The position numbers and the translations under genes were made by a program. A stretch of DNA of 64,000 nt from Oceanisphaera sp. (GTDB taxonomy: Bacteria > Pseudomonadota > Gammaproteobacteria > Enterobacterales > Aeromonadaceae): assembly GCA_052106055.1 (NCBI GenBank), contig JBQEBI010000001.1, positions 8,019-72,018 of the forward strand, written 5' to 3'. Below, piece by piece: positions 55,268-63,656 of the stretch. The notes beneath the pieces were generated by a model. It saw only the letters and a list, made by a program, of their open reading frames with translations. It did no database searches and was not told the DNA's origin. Within the stretch, counting starts at the first letter, position 1, and every line of letters begins with the position of its first letter.

Positions 55268-55295
55268 TTGCATTCGCTCTTATCTTTGCTACACT
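55268..55295 (+). promoter_or_regulatory. candidate promoter of ffs
   Basis: TTGCAT, 16 nt spacer, TACACT, about 15 nt upstream of the mature 4.5S 5' end. Confidence 0.35.
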
Positions 55296-55309
55296 GGCCT
55301 TTCTTCGAT

Positions 55310-55424
55310 GGTGGCCCCGTTGGTCCTCCCGCATCGGAATCTTGTTTACCAGGTCAGGCCCGGAAGGGAGCAGCCAGAGCAGGAATCTTCGAGTGCCGGG
55401 ATGTGGCTGGCGGTGGCCACCTCC
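55310..55424 (+). ncRNA. ffs: 4.5S RNA / bacterial small SRP RNA
   Basis: ggtggccccgttggtcctcccgc...tgtttaccaggtcaggcccggaagggagcagcc...gtgccgggatgtggctggcggtggccacc is colinear with E. coli 4.5S RNA, including the conserved domain IV GGTCAGG.CCGGAAGG.AGCAGCC. The ends pair into one long helix. Confidence 0.93.
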
Positions 55425-55541
55425 AATATTCAATACCCTCCTTACTTTTTCACTTAATGCAAACAACTTGCATCATCTCTTGTAGACACTATTCACTGTA
55501 TAACCCAGTGTGGTTTTTTCGATCTTAAAGGGGAAAATGCG

Positions 55542-56456
55542 ATGAACACCTATCCCATTGGTACACCCGGCTTGGCTTGGGGGGATGCTGAACGTGCTCA
55601 GTGGCGAGCCCAGCAAATACAGCAACGCAGTTATCATAAAGAAGTGTTAAGCGTTATTGAGCACCTAGCAGCGGATTTTGATGTGCAACAATACGGTGAG
55701 CTGAATGATGAGCCACAGGCGTTGCCGTTAATGGCGCTGTACAGTCGGCCATGGCAAGCCGATTTGCCTGTGGTGTTAATTACCGGCGGTGTACATGGCT
55801 ATGAAACCAGTGGCGTACAAGGCGCGTTACAGTTTTTAGCGCAAGATGCCAAGCGCTATAGGGGGCTGGTGAATGTGTTGGTGGTTCCTTGTGTTAGCCC
55901 TTGGGCATATGAGCGTATTCACCGTTGGAATGCTCATGCCGTTGATCCTAACCGCTCCTTTTTTGAACCCAGCCCTGCTGCAGAATCGGCGGCACTGATG
56001 CGCTTGATCGCGCCAATACGTGAGCAGGTGGTGATGCATATTGATTTACACGAAACGACCGATACCGATGAAAGTGAATATCGTCCGGCATTAGCCGCAC
56101 GGGATGGCAGTCCCTTTGTGCCGGGCAGTATTCCTGATGGCTTTTACTTGGTGGATGATAGTGAACAGCCCCAACCTGAATTTCAGCAAGCCATTATTAG
56201 TGCGGTAGAAAAAGTCACTCACATTGCGCCTGCAGATGAACAGGGCGAGATCATTGGCTCAAAGGTGGTGGCTAAGGGGGTTATCCAATATCCGCTGACC
56301 CAACTTGGGCTCTGTGCCGGTATGACGGCGGCACGCTATAAAACCACCACTGAAGTCTACCCAGACAGCCCCAGTGCCACGCCTGAGCAATGTAATGCCG
56401 CTCAGGTGGCCGCCATAAGTGCCGCCATTGACTTTGTGCTTAAGCAAACGGTATAA
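55542..56456 (+). CDS. M14-like zinc carboxypeptidase family protein
   Basis: HGYETSG (HxxE) and IDLHETT zinc-ligand-like motifs. Assignment from motif recall only. Confidence 0.5.
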   Translation: MNTYPIGTPGLAWGDAERAQWRAQQIQQRSYHKEVLSVIEHLAADFDVQQYGELNDEPQALPLMALYSRPWQADLPVVLITGGVHGYETSGVQGALQFLAQDAKRYRGLVNVLVVPCVSPWAYERIHRWNAHAVDPNRSFFEPSPAAESAALMRLIAPIREQVVMHIDLHETTDTDESEYRPALAARDGSPFVPGSIPDGFYLVDDSEQPQPEFQQAIISAVEKVTHIAPADEQGEIIGSKVVAKGVIQYPLTQLGLCAGMTAARYKTTTEVYPDSPSATPEQCNAAQVAAISAAIDFVLKQTV

Positions 56457-56507
56457 AGATGCGTACTCGGTGGGGTTGTGGGTTTTGTTGCCAAAGAGCT
56501 TGCTCAG

Positions 56508-57041
56508 TTAGCTTTGCTCATGGGTATAAAAACCGACTCGGCGTACACATACGTTTACATCAAACGCTTCGCCAATTGCCACCACGGCGATACTGGTGAT
56601 ATGCGGCACGAATAACGCGGCCTCAGTACGGTGGGGCTGCAATTGCGCAAAAGGAAGATGAAAACGCGTCCACTGTGGGCTAACCGTTAAGGTGTGACGA
56701 AATGATTGCCAAGGTTTCGTGAGCTGCTGTGTTTTAAGGTGCACATTATATTGATGCTGAGTACCACGCAGCTCAATAAACACGCCGCTATAACTGGCGG
56801 CTAACCATTGTGGCTGAATATTCTGCTTTATTTGCACAAAACCGCCATTATTTTCTAAACGAGTGCGACCCACCAAACAATGGCTTGGCAAACCGTTATC
56901 ATCTTGAGTCAGTAAGCGCGCTTCAGACAGGCCTCCCATGACTTGATCGCAAATTAGCTGCCAAGATTGCTGGTGTGGCTCAATATCAATCAGCTGCTCT
57001 GGTTGCAAAGCGGGGCCGTCTATTATTACAGGGTCAGTCAT
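56508..57041 (-). CDS. CIA30-family protein
   Basis: DQVMGGLSEA and LENNGGFVQI motifs typical of the CIA30 domain. Confidence 0.65.
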   Translation of the reverse strand: MTDPVIIDGPALQPEQLIDIEPHQQSWQLICDQVMGGLSEARLLTQDDNGLPSHCLVGRTRLENNGGFVQIKQNIQPQWLAASYSGVFIELRGTQHQYNVHLKTQQLTKPWQSFRHTLTVSPQWTRFHLPFAQLQPHRTEAALFVPHITSIAVVAIGEAFDVNVCVRRVGFYTHEQS

Positions 57042-57052
57042 GGAGTTTCCTT

Positions 57053-57326
57053 ATACCAATCTAAGTAAGTATATGGCCAGTTTATATTAAGTAAAAAACT
57101 AAGGGCTACTTTTGCCACGGAACCCACGGAAGACACGGAAAAAGGCAAGAGCGAAAAGTGACAGCGAATTAAATACTGCTAATGGTAAGGGCTCCCCTAC
57201 AAATAGTTGGGTGTTTGGCTCTTACCCTATAAAGTCTTTTTCAGATCTTATCTCTATTGTTCCGTGTTCTTCTGTGGGTTCCGTGGCGAACAACTTTTAT
57301 CAGTTAGTTTTACAGATTGGTATTAT
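57053..57326. repeat. MITE-like element copy D
   Basis: Terminal inverted repeats ataccaatctaagtaa (57053) and ttacagattggtat (57310). Internal 27-nt imperfect inverted repeat 57114-57140 / 57260-57287 built from three 9-nt-phased CACGGAA units. Confidence 0.7.
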
Positions 57327-58123
57327 TATGGATGGCGTGGCGGCGACCAGCTTAATAGCGCCCAGCGCTGTGGCTCACCGCCTTGTTGAGCATAAGCAGG
57401 ATCATCATGATACCAAGCGATTAAGCGCTGTTGTTCTGGTGTGCTTAATGGGCCAAACCGCTGAGCAACCTTATCAATAAACTCCTCACAACTGCCTGCA
57501 CCGGCAAGGTGACTGGGGGCGCTTATATAATTTAGTGTGGGGTAAATATGCTGCTGATAAAGCAGGTTAATAAGATACATATGATCAGGAAAACTGGTGT
57601 CGGGTCTGTGTAACAGCCGCGCTATTTCTGGGCTACTAAAACGGCCACCCACTAATTGTGTGAGATAAATGCGCTTATGAGTCACTAAATGGAGCTGACG
57701 GATGGCTTGCTCTATATCGGCCACTATGCTGGCGCGCGACACCACAGTAATATCGCAGCGTGGCAGTGCAGACCAGTCATCTTCCCATGAGGCCAAAATA
57801 GGGCTCACATTGGTTAACTGCTGCTCTTTGGCGTTCAGCTCCATAGCGGCTAACATGCCTGGACTATAATCTAGGCAATATACCTGTTTTACCTGTGGCG
57901 CCAAGGCCAACCCTATGGTGCCAGGGCCTGAGCCCACATCTAATAGGGTGTCTTGTGGGCTAGACTGAACATGGCTCACAAATTGTTGGGCATACTCGCT
58001 ATTTAATACTTGAGTACGCATACTCTCAGCCTTGGCATCCCAGCGACTGGGTCGGCTTGGCTTTCTGCCACTGCGAGCCATATGCTTTTGGTAAAGTGCT
58101 GAAAAATCAATGTTGTGCAGCAT
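57326..58123 (-). CDS. class I SAM-dependent methyltransferase
   Basis: LLDVGSGPGTIGLALAP motif I; 265 aa. The stop codon lies inside the repeat end. Confidence 0.7.
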   Translation of the reverse strand: MLHNIDFSALYQKHMARSGRKPSRPSRWDAKAESMRTQVLNSEYAQQFVSHVQSSPQDTLLDVGSGPGTIGLALAPQVKQVYCLDYSPGMLAAMELNAKEQQLTNVSPILASWEDDWSALPRCDITVVSRASIVADIEQAIRQLHLVTHKRIYLTQLVGGRFSSPEIARLLHRPDTSFPDHMYLINLLYQQHIYPTLNYISAPSHLAGAGSCEEFIDKVAQRFGPLSTPEQQRLIAWYHDDPAYAQQGGEPQRWALLSWSPPRHP

Positions 58124-58338
58124 AGTTAGCCTTGTTGATAAAAAAGCGTATTTGAGTCAGGGCGATCAATATCAATGCCATTAGCTAACCAAAGCACGGT
58201 CACGTTTTCAAGAGCGTTGAACATAATATGCGCGGTAACGACTCTTTCAATGTTCAATTTTTACAATAATTTACCTATAATGCCGAGCTAATTAAGCGAA
58301 CAGGCACCATTTTGTGCTGTTGACGCTCATTTTGAATT

Positions 58339-58790
58339 ACACCAATCTGGAAAACTAGCTGATCTATTTAGCTTCACAGTACAGGCCGAACAAAGGGCCT
58401 CCTCCACCGACACGCTGCAAGCACCTCCCTGTGGCGCTCAAACACATGACATCCTTGTCATGTGATGGTCGGTGGAGAAGATCCCTTCATTCGTTCCTAT
58501 GCTACGGAGTCGCCTGTGGGTGCAATCTGCTGACAACTCGGTGCGTAAGGAGAGGCAACAGAGATCGGCTCCCACGACCGTGACAATGCCAGGGATGGCA
58601 TTTCCCGAGCCCCGATGGGCCAGCTTGCTGGCGTGTATCTTTGCTGGGTAATAAAACGAATATCCAGTGAATATTCGCAGTTGTTACACAGCAAAGATGG
58701 CTAGCCCAGTGGCGTGTCGTGGGAGGTGACTCTATTGCCTCGAGTATCCAGCGTTAAATCAGATCACATTTTTACTTAGATAGGTATTAC
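58339..58790. repeat. MITE-like element copy A (longest; contains a ~300-nt structured module)
   Basis: Left end acaccaatctggaaaactagctgatc and right end agatcacatttttacttagataggtattac are shared with copy B. The internal blocks gaacaaaggg..caccgacacgct and gggaggtgactct are shared with copy C. Confidence 0.7.
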
Positions 58791-58839
58791 ATATTCCCCT
58801 ATGCATGGATGCCAATGGCTAAAACATTAGAGAACGCAC

Positions 58840-59502
58840 ATGAGGATGCAAGGTAAAATATTAAACTGGCATGATGATAAAGGTTTTGGCTTTGTTGACC
58901 CTCTTACCGGAGGTCAGCGTGCTTTTGTGCACATTAAGTCATTTATTTCTTGTGCCCGAAGGCCGGTTAACGGTGACGTTATTGATTATGAATTAGTTAA
59001 AGAAAGTCACCATAGGTATAAAGCTGAATGTGTACATTTTGCAGATGATGTACAGCAAATACCTACCTATCGCTCTTTTGTCCATAACAATAATGCGCAT
59101 AACGTGAGCAGCAACCGAACACTTGAAGCTATATTTACAGGATGTTTTTGTGTCTGTATCTTACTGTTTTCGCTAATAGGGCATTTACCACTCATACTTG
59201 TAAGTGCCTTTATTGTGATGAGTACAGTCACCTTTGTGGCCTACGGTATTGATAAGTCTGCAGCGGAAAGTGGCCGTTGGCGCACCAAAGAAAGCACGCT
59301 ACATGTGTTTGCTTTTTTATGCGGCTGGCCTGGGGCGTTTATCGCCCAACGCTTATTACGTCATAAATCGACTAAACAAGAATTTCAGTCTTTTTATAAA
59401 GTAACAGTGGCTGTGAATGTTGCTGGTATTTTGTTTTTATTTACTGAAACCGGCCGCACATTTTTAAATCAGACCCTGCTTCCTTGGCTTGCCGGCGCAT
59501 AG
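58840..59502 (+). CDS. cold-shock-domain protein fused to DUF1294 membrane domain
   Basis: N-terminal GKILNWHDDKGFGFV (CSD RNP1-like). C-terminal TM region with IDKSAAESGRWRTKESTLH..GWPGAFIAQRLLRHKSTK, typical of DUF1294. Confidence 0.75.
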   Translation: MRMQGKILNWHDDKGFGFVDPLTGGQRAFVHIKSFISCARRPVNGDVIDYELVKESHHRYKAECVHFADDVQQIPTYRSFVHNNNAHNVSSNRTLEAIFTGCFCVCILLFSLIGHLPLILVSAFIVMSTVTFVAYGIDKSAAESGRWRTKESTLHVFAFLCGWPGAFIAQRLLRHKSTKQEFQSFYKVTVAVNVAGILFLFTETGRTFLNQTLLPWLAGA

Positions 59503-59591
59503 GTCTAATATAACTGTTAACCTGATAGGTTATGCCAACCTTTTGATAGTGCCTAGTCTAAGTGCTGTTAGTGTGAGCTTAAGGAGAAGTA

Positions 59592-60197
59592 ATGCGATTA
59601 TTAAACGAGAAAGGGATTTTCTGCGTTATTAACAGGATCAAACAACTCAAATGGGCGCTCTTGTCCGTGAGTGCTGTTATGGTACTCAGTGGTTGTGCCA
59701 GTATGACAGAGCAAGAGTGCCTAACTGCAAATTGGTTAGAAAAAGGGGTTAGCGATGGACGCTCAGGTTATGCACTCACGCGACTTAATAATCACCATAA
59801 AGCGTGTGCTAAGGTTGGCGTTATGCCTAATGCTCAGCAATATAAAGAGGGGCGAAACCAAGGCCTTAAACATTATTGCACGCCAGAGAATGGCTTTTTG
59901 CAAGGGCAACAAGGGCAGGCTTATCGCCAAGTGTGCCCCGCCAAACTGGCACCAGATTTTTTACGAGCATTTACCGATGGCAAACAGTTATATAATGCGA
60001 CAAAGCGCATAGAAGAAGTGGCGGATGACATTGATAAAATAGAGCGCACCTTAAGCAAAGAGTCTGATAAAGCACAGCGTAAGTACTTACGGCAAAAGCT
60101 TCGCGCTATGACCAGAGAGCTACAGCGAGTGCGTCACGACAGGCGCTATCTAGAAAGAGGGTTAGAGCGCACTCGCGCTTATCAGCGTCACTACTGA
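59592..60197 (+). CDS. DUF2799-like lipoprotein with basic coiled-coil tail
   Basis: Lipobox VLSGC; Cys-rich repeated W..G..DG..G module; AAGGAG RBS. Confidence 0.6.
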   Translation: MRLLNEKGIFCVINRIKQLKWALLSVSAVMVLSGCASMTEQECLTANWLEKGVSDGRSGYALTRLNNHHKACAKVGVMPNAQQYKEGRNQGLKHYCTPENGFLQGQQGQAYRQVCPAKLAPDFLRAFTDGKQLYNATKRIEEVADDIDKIERTLSKESDKAQRKYLRQKLRAMTRELQRVRHDRRYLERGLERTRAYQRHY

Positions 60198-60413
60198 TAA
60201 GCGGGTGAGGGTTTGCTTTGGCACTGGCTATGCTTGATAATGCTCTGTTTATAACAGCTTCCAACACTGCGTTAATGCGAAAAATAGCAGTGAAATGTTT
60301 AAAAAATAGACAAAGTTAAGCAGTGCTCGCCAAAAAACGTCACTGCAATGCGTATTTAGTGCTTATAAGCACGCCAACCCCACACATTATTACTGGAATA
60401 GGCGAGTTCGAAT

Positions 60414-61556
60414 ATGGGAATTCAAACAAATTGCTCAAGGGAGACACAGAGCAGCATGTGTATAAAAAGCTTGTTCGGTATTTTAAAAAATCCAATGGCC
60501 TATGTAATAAGCGGTGTGTTTTTTATGACCAGCCTGCTTACCTTCCAATATGCCTTTGCGAGTACCTCGCCAAGTGCTGAACCAGAAAGCGAAAATGTTG
60601 TCAGCGAAAGCGCAAACCTTGGGCTGATTAGCAAAGCCGATATTACGGCACTGGTTAAGCGTGTTGAAATGTTAAGCGAAGAAAAATCAGAGCTGGATGA
60701 CGCGTGGCGAATTGAGCGGAATAAACACGACTCAATGAAAATTCGCCTTGAAGACAGCAAAAAAACAGTGCGTACTGAAATGGATGAAGTACTACTGAAT
60801 AGCTTGTCTCGTGAGCGGTTAGATGAGCTGTTAAGTCAGCATGCGGCATTAGCTAAAAGAGAAAAGCAAGTAGCTAAACAGGCCAACAAACTAAAAGAAG
60901 AGCTGGCGGCGCATCAGTTGTTATTGGTACGAGCAAACCGGGATTTAGAGAGGAAGCGTACCCTATATGCTTCTCAGCAGCGTGAACAAGATATTAAGCG
61001 CGTGCAAAAAATAGCGCGGGTACTGGATCGAGAGTTGAATTTTAACGAGCAGTTTAACTTTAAATGCTCTACTAATAAAAGCATTACTGCCTGCTTAAAT
61101 GACTATCCACTTGAGTCTCGCGTGCAGGCTTGGGTTAAAGATCATTATCAAAATGTATTGTCTAATGAGCTTGCAGGCAGAGCCGATCAAGTTAACTTGA
61201 GCCCAGACTGGTATTCAGCAGAAATTAAGCGTGATTTTACTGAGGCCAATATGAATTTAGACGGCACAGTGATGGCTGAAGTTGACGTTAGAGCCAATAT
61301 TACTCCTCGAAAAATGATGGCCTGTGCGCTACTTAAAGCGCCAGCTGATTTGTGCGATGCTCAGTCTTCTTCATTAATTGTGCGCAGTAATAAATATGGC
61401 GATATGGTGTACATAAATGGCAAGCCTTATGGTCCTACTCCTTTGTCTATTATGCTCGACCCTGGGCTCTATAACATTGAAGTAAAATACCAAGGCTTAA
61501 CGCAAAAGCGTAAGTTGACCTTAGAGGAAAACCGCCACCTAAACTTCGTTTTTTAG
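60414..61556 (+). CDS. secreted coiled-coil protein with C-terminal PEGA domain
   Basis: Signal-like FFMTSLLTFQYAFAS, central heptad-rich region, C-terminal VYINGKPYGPTPLSIMLDPGLYNIEV (PEGA). The true start may be an internal Met (60456). Confidence 0.6.
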   Translation: MGIQTNCSRETQSSMCIKSLFGILKNPMAYVISGVFFMTSLLTFQYAFASTSPSAEPESENVVSESANLGLISKADITALVKRVEMLSEEKSELDDAWRIERNKHDSMKIRLEDSKKTVRTEMDEVLLNSLSRERLDELLSQHAALAKREKQVAKQANKLKEELAAHQLLLVRANRDLERKRTLYASQQREQDIKRVQKIARVLDRELNFNEQFNFKCSTNKSITACLNDYPLESRVQAWVKDHYQNVLSNELAGRADQVNLSPDWYSAEIKRDFTEANMNLDGTVMAEVDVRANITPRKMMACALLKAPADLCDAQSSSLIVRSNKYGDMVYINGKPYGPTPLSIMLDPGLYNIEVKYQGLTQKRKLTLEENRHLNFVF

Positions 61557-61581
61557 TCGCCCATCAGTATTAGGCACAGAT

Positions 61582-61617
61582 AAGCCCGCCAATATTAGAT
61601 TGGCGGGCTTATTTTTT
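61582..61617 (+). terminator. rho-independent terminator
   Basis: aagcccgccaat-attag-attggcgggctt followed by attttttg. Confidence 0.85.
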
Positions 61618-61630
61618 GCTACAAGCGTCA

Positions 61631-61706
61631 TGCCAATCAAAAAGATAAAAAATCATCAAGCAAGACACTACCTTAAAAGATCACTTTTTAGTGTGTTTGG
61701 TATAAC
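61631..61706. repeat. mini copy of the MITE-like family
   Basis: The right end agatcactttttagtgtgtttggtataac is homologous to the other copies. The left end tgccaatcaaaaag is only weakly similar, so that boundary is uncertain. Lies 10 nt before copy B. Confidence 0.4.
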
Positions 61707-61715
61707 ATGAGACTC

Positions 61716-61914
61716 ACACCAATCTGGAAAACTAACTGATCAGGTTTTATGGCTTCTGTAGGGTCGATTTCAATCGACTAAAAACCATAACAAGGCCTAA
61801 AGAGATCGAATAAATTCGACCCTACGCTCGGGGTAAATTAGTATAAAAACTGATCTTTGTGCCTCCAGCGCTTAACGTAAAAATAGATCACATATTTACT
61901 TAGATTGGTATCAC
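61716..61914. repeat. MITE-like element copy B
   Basis: acaccaatctggaaaactaactgatc ... ccagcgcttaacgtaaaaatagatcacatatttacttagattggtatcac. Internal hairpin gtagggtcga..tcgaccctac. Confidence 0.7.
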
Positions 61915-61935
61915 TCTCATCTTGGAGGTTTAATT

Positions 61936-62985
61936 ATGCACGGTGAATATAAAGTACCCGGCGGCAAACTGGTGGTGGCAGATCTTGAACTGGCGCAAGA
62001 CTGCTTAAGCCATGTCAGTATATCCGGTGACTTTTTCTTAGAGCCAGATACCGCCCTAAACCAAATTAACCAAGCGTTAGTGGGGCTGGCGCGCACCGCA
62101 AGCCACCAAACAATCACCCATGCTATTTTAGCGGCCTTAGATGACGATGTCGTCATGTTTGGTTTTTCAGCTGCCGCCGTGGCCACCACAGTGCGCCGTG
62201 CATTGGGTATGGCCAGCAGCTGGCAAGACCATCAGTTTAGCGTGATAGCTCCAGTTACTTTGCCCGCCATAGAGCATGCCGCATTAGATGAAGTATTAGC
62301 CGACTCGGTAGCCACCGGTTTACGGGGGCCCACGTTGCGCTTTTGGGACTGGAATGACTCAGTGGTAGTGATTGGCTCTTTTCAATCCGTTAAAAATGAA
62401 GTGGATATGGAAGCCGCCAATCAAGCCCAAGTGAAAGTGGTGCGCCGAGTCACGGGCGGTGGAGCTATGTTTATGGAGCCTGGCAACTGCATTACCTATT
62501 CGCTCACCGTGCCGACCTCGTTAGTGGATGGCATGAGCATAGAGCAGTCTTATCAGTTTTTAGATGCTTGGGTACTAGGGGCTCTTAATGAAGTGGGCAT
62601 TAAAGCACATTATGTGCCACTTAATGACATTGCCTCTGCTCAAGGTAAAATAGGGGGCGCGGCACAAAAGCGCTTTGCTAATGGTGTGTTAGTGCACCAT
62701 GCCACCTTAGCTTTTGATATTGATGCCAGCAAAATGACGCAAATATTACGCACTGGTCGAGAAAAGCTCTCCGATAAAGGCATTACCAGCGCCAATAAAC
62801 GCGTCGATCCTATGCGCAGCCAAACTGGCCTTAGCAGAGCGACCATTATTGAGGCGTTTATCAATCACTTTTCGCAATGCTACTCAAGCCAAAATGGGCA
62901 ATATCTGCCCCAAGAGCTGACTGATGCCAAGGCATTAGTGGCACGCAAATTTACTTCTAGCGAATGGTTATACAAAGTGCCCTAA
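61936..62985 (+). CDS. lipoate-protein ligase family protein (circularly permuted LplA type)
   Basis: The accessory-domain-like segment HGEYKVPGGKLVVADLE..ISGDFFLEPD is at the N-terminus. It is followed by the catalytic BPL/LPL core RRVTGGGAMFMEPGNCITYS and GKIGGAAQKR. Confidence 0.75.
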   Translation: MHGEYKVPGGKLVVADLELAQDCLSHVSISGDFFLEPDTALNQINQALVGLARTASHQTITHAILAALDDDVVMFGFSAAAVATTVRRALGMASSWQDHQFSVIAPVTLPAIEHAALDEVLADSVATGLRGPTLRFWDWNDSVVVIGSFQSVKNEVDMEAANQAQVKVVRRVTGGGAMFMEPGNCITYSLTVPTSLVDGMSIEQSYQFLDAWVLGALNEVGIKAHYVPLNDIASAQGKIGGAAQKRFANGVLVHHATLAFDIDASKMTQILRTGREKLSDKGITSANKRVDPMRSQTGLSRATIIEAFINHFSQCYSSQNGQYLPQELTDAKALVARKFTSSEWLYKVP

Positions 62986-63054
62986 GGTAGTGGTTGTTGA
63001 GCGTAAGGCCGACATTGACTACAATGGCGCACTTTTCATTTACCTTAGGTCATA

Positions 63055-63306
63055 ATGATGAACGATACTAAATCGCTACCCCCATTACCGGATCGCCTGT
63101 CAATTAACCCAAAGAGCCCGTTTCATGTAGCTGAAGTGTTTGAGCACAATATTGGTATTCGCCTCAATGGTAAAGAGCGCTTCGACGTCGATGAATATTG
63201 CATTAGCGAAGGCTGGGTAAAAGTATCTTCGCCAAAAGCGCTAGATCGTCGCGGTCAACCGTTGCTTATTAAAGTAAAAGGCACGGTAGAAGCTTTTTAT
63301 AGCTAA
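63055..63306 (+). CDS. DUF3297-like small protein
   Basis: 83-aa ORF followed by a strong terminator. Family recall is weak. Confidence 0.45.
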   Translation: MMNDTKSLPPLPDRLSINPKSPFHVAEVFEHNIGIRLNGKERFDVDEYCISEGWVKVSSPKALDRRGQPLLIKVKGTVEAFYS

Positions 63307-63335
63307 TTGACCCCATAAATTTACAGCCATAATAC

Positions 63336-63362
63336 GGCCTAGATACATCTAGGCCTTTTTTG
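63336..63362 (+). terminator. rho-independent terminator
   Basis: ggcctaga-taca-tctaggcc followed by tttttt. Confidence 0.85.
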
Positions 63363-63437
63363 TTTCCAATAACCGCGGTTAATAGCTTTACCAAGCTGAA
63401 GTTAACTGAGCAAGTGACCTTTCTAGATCAACCTTTG

Positions 63438-63616
63438 TTACCGATTAATATGCTACGACTATCGCGTCATATTTTGATCTGTAAAAGCTGAACAAAGGGG
63501 GCCACTACACCGACACGCTACGGGCTAATACTATTCATCACGGCGAGGGAGGTGACTCTGTTTCCTCTTTATACTGCATTTAGATAGATCGATTATTTAG
63601 TGTGTTTGGTATTATT
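63438..63616. repeat. MITE-like element copy C (short form of copy A)
   Basis: Shares gatctg..gaacaaaggg..caccgacacgct (63490-63519) and gggaggtgactct (63547-63559) with copy A, and the right end ttagtgtgtttggtattattatgg with copies D and mini. The left end is degenerate. Confidence 0.55.
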
Positions 63617-63656
63617 ATGGGTGGTATGTTTAGATATTGTCTGAGGAGAAGGCTAA

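Noticed and set aside
55245-55528. Three overlapping 69-86 aa ORFs
   Set aside because: They lie on top of the 4.5S/SRP RNA gene, whose identity is much better supported.
57112-57480. 122-aa and 60-aa + strand ORFs
   Set aside because: They run through the MITE-like repeat and antisense to the methyltransferase gene. There is no RBS and the sequence is repeat-derived.
58497-58694. 65-aa minus-strand ORF inside repeat copy A
   Set aside because: It sits inside a densely hairpinned non-coding module, with no RBS or recognisable protein features.
58380-58750. Cobalamin riboswitch idea (the minus strand contains gccactg and gggaa strings)
   Set aside because: The core GGTG..AATCC and B12-box (AGYCMGGAGACCTGCC-like) elements are absent, and the nearest minus-strand gene start is more than 250 nt away. 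The sequence is also part of a repeat family.
63438-63656. Guanidine riboswitch upstream of the SMR transporter (a common association)
   Set aside because: I could not find ykkC, mini-ykkC (paired ACGR-loop hairpins) or ykkC-III consensus elements. The region is instead homologous to the repeat family found upstream of unrelated genes.
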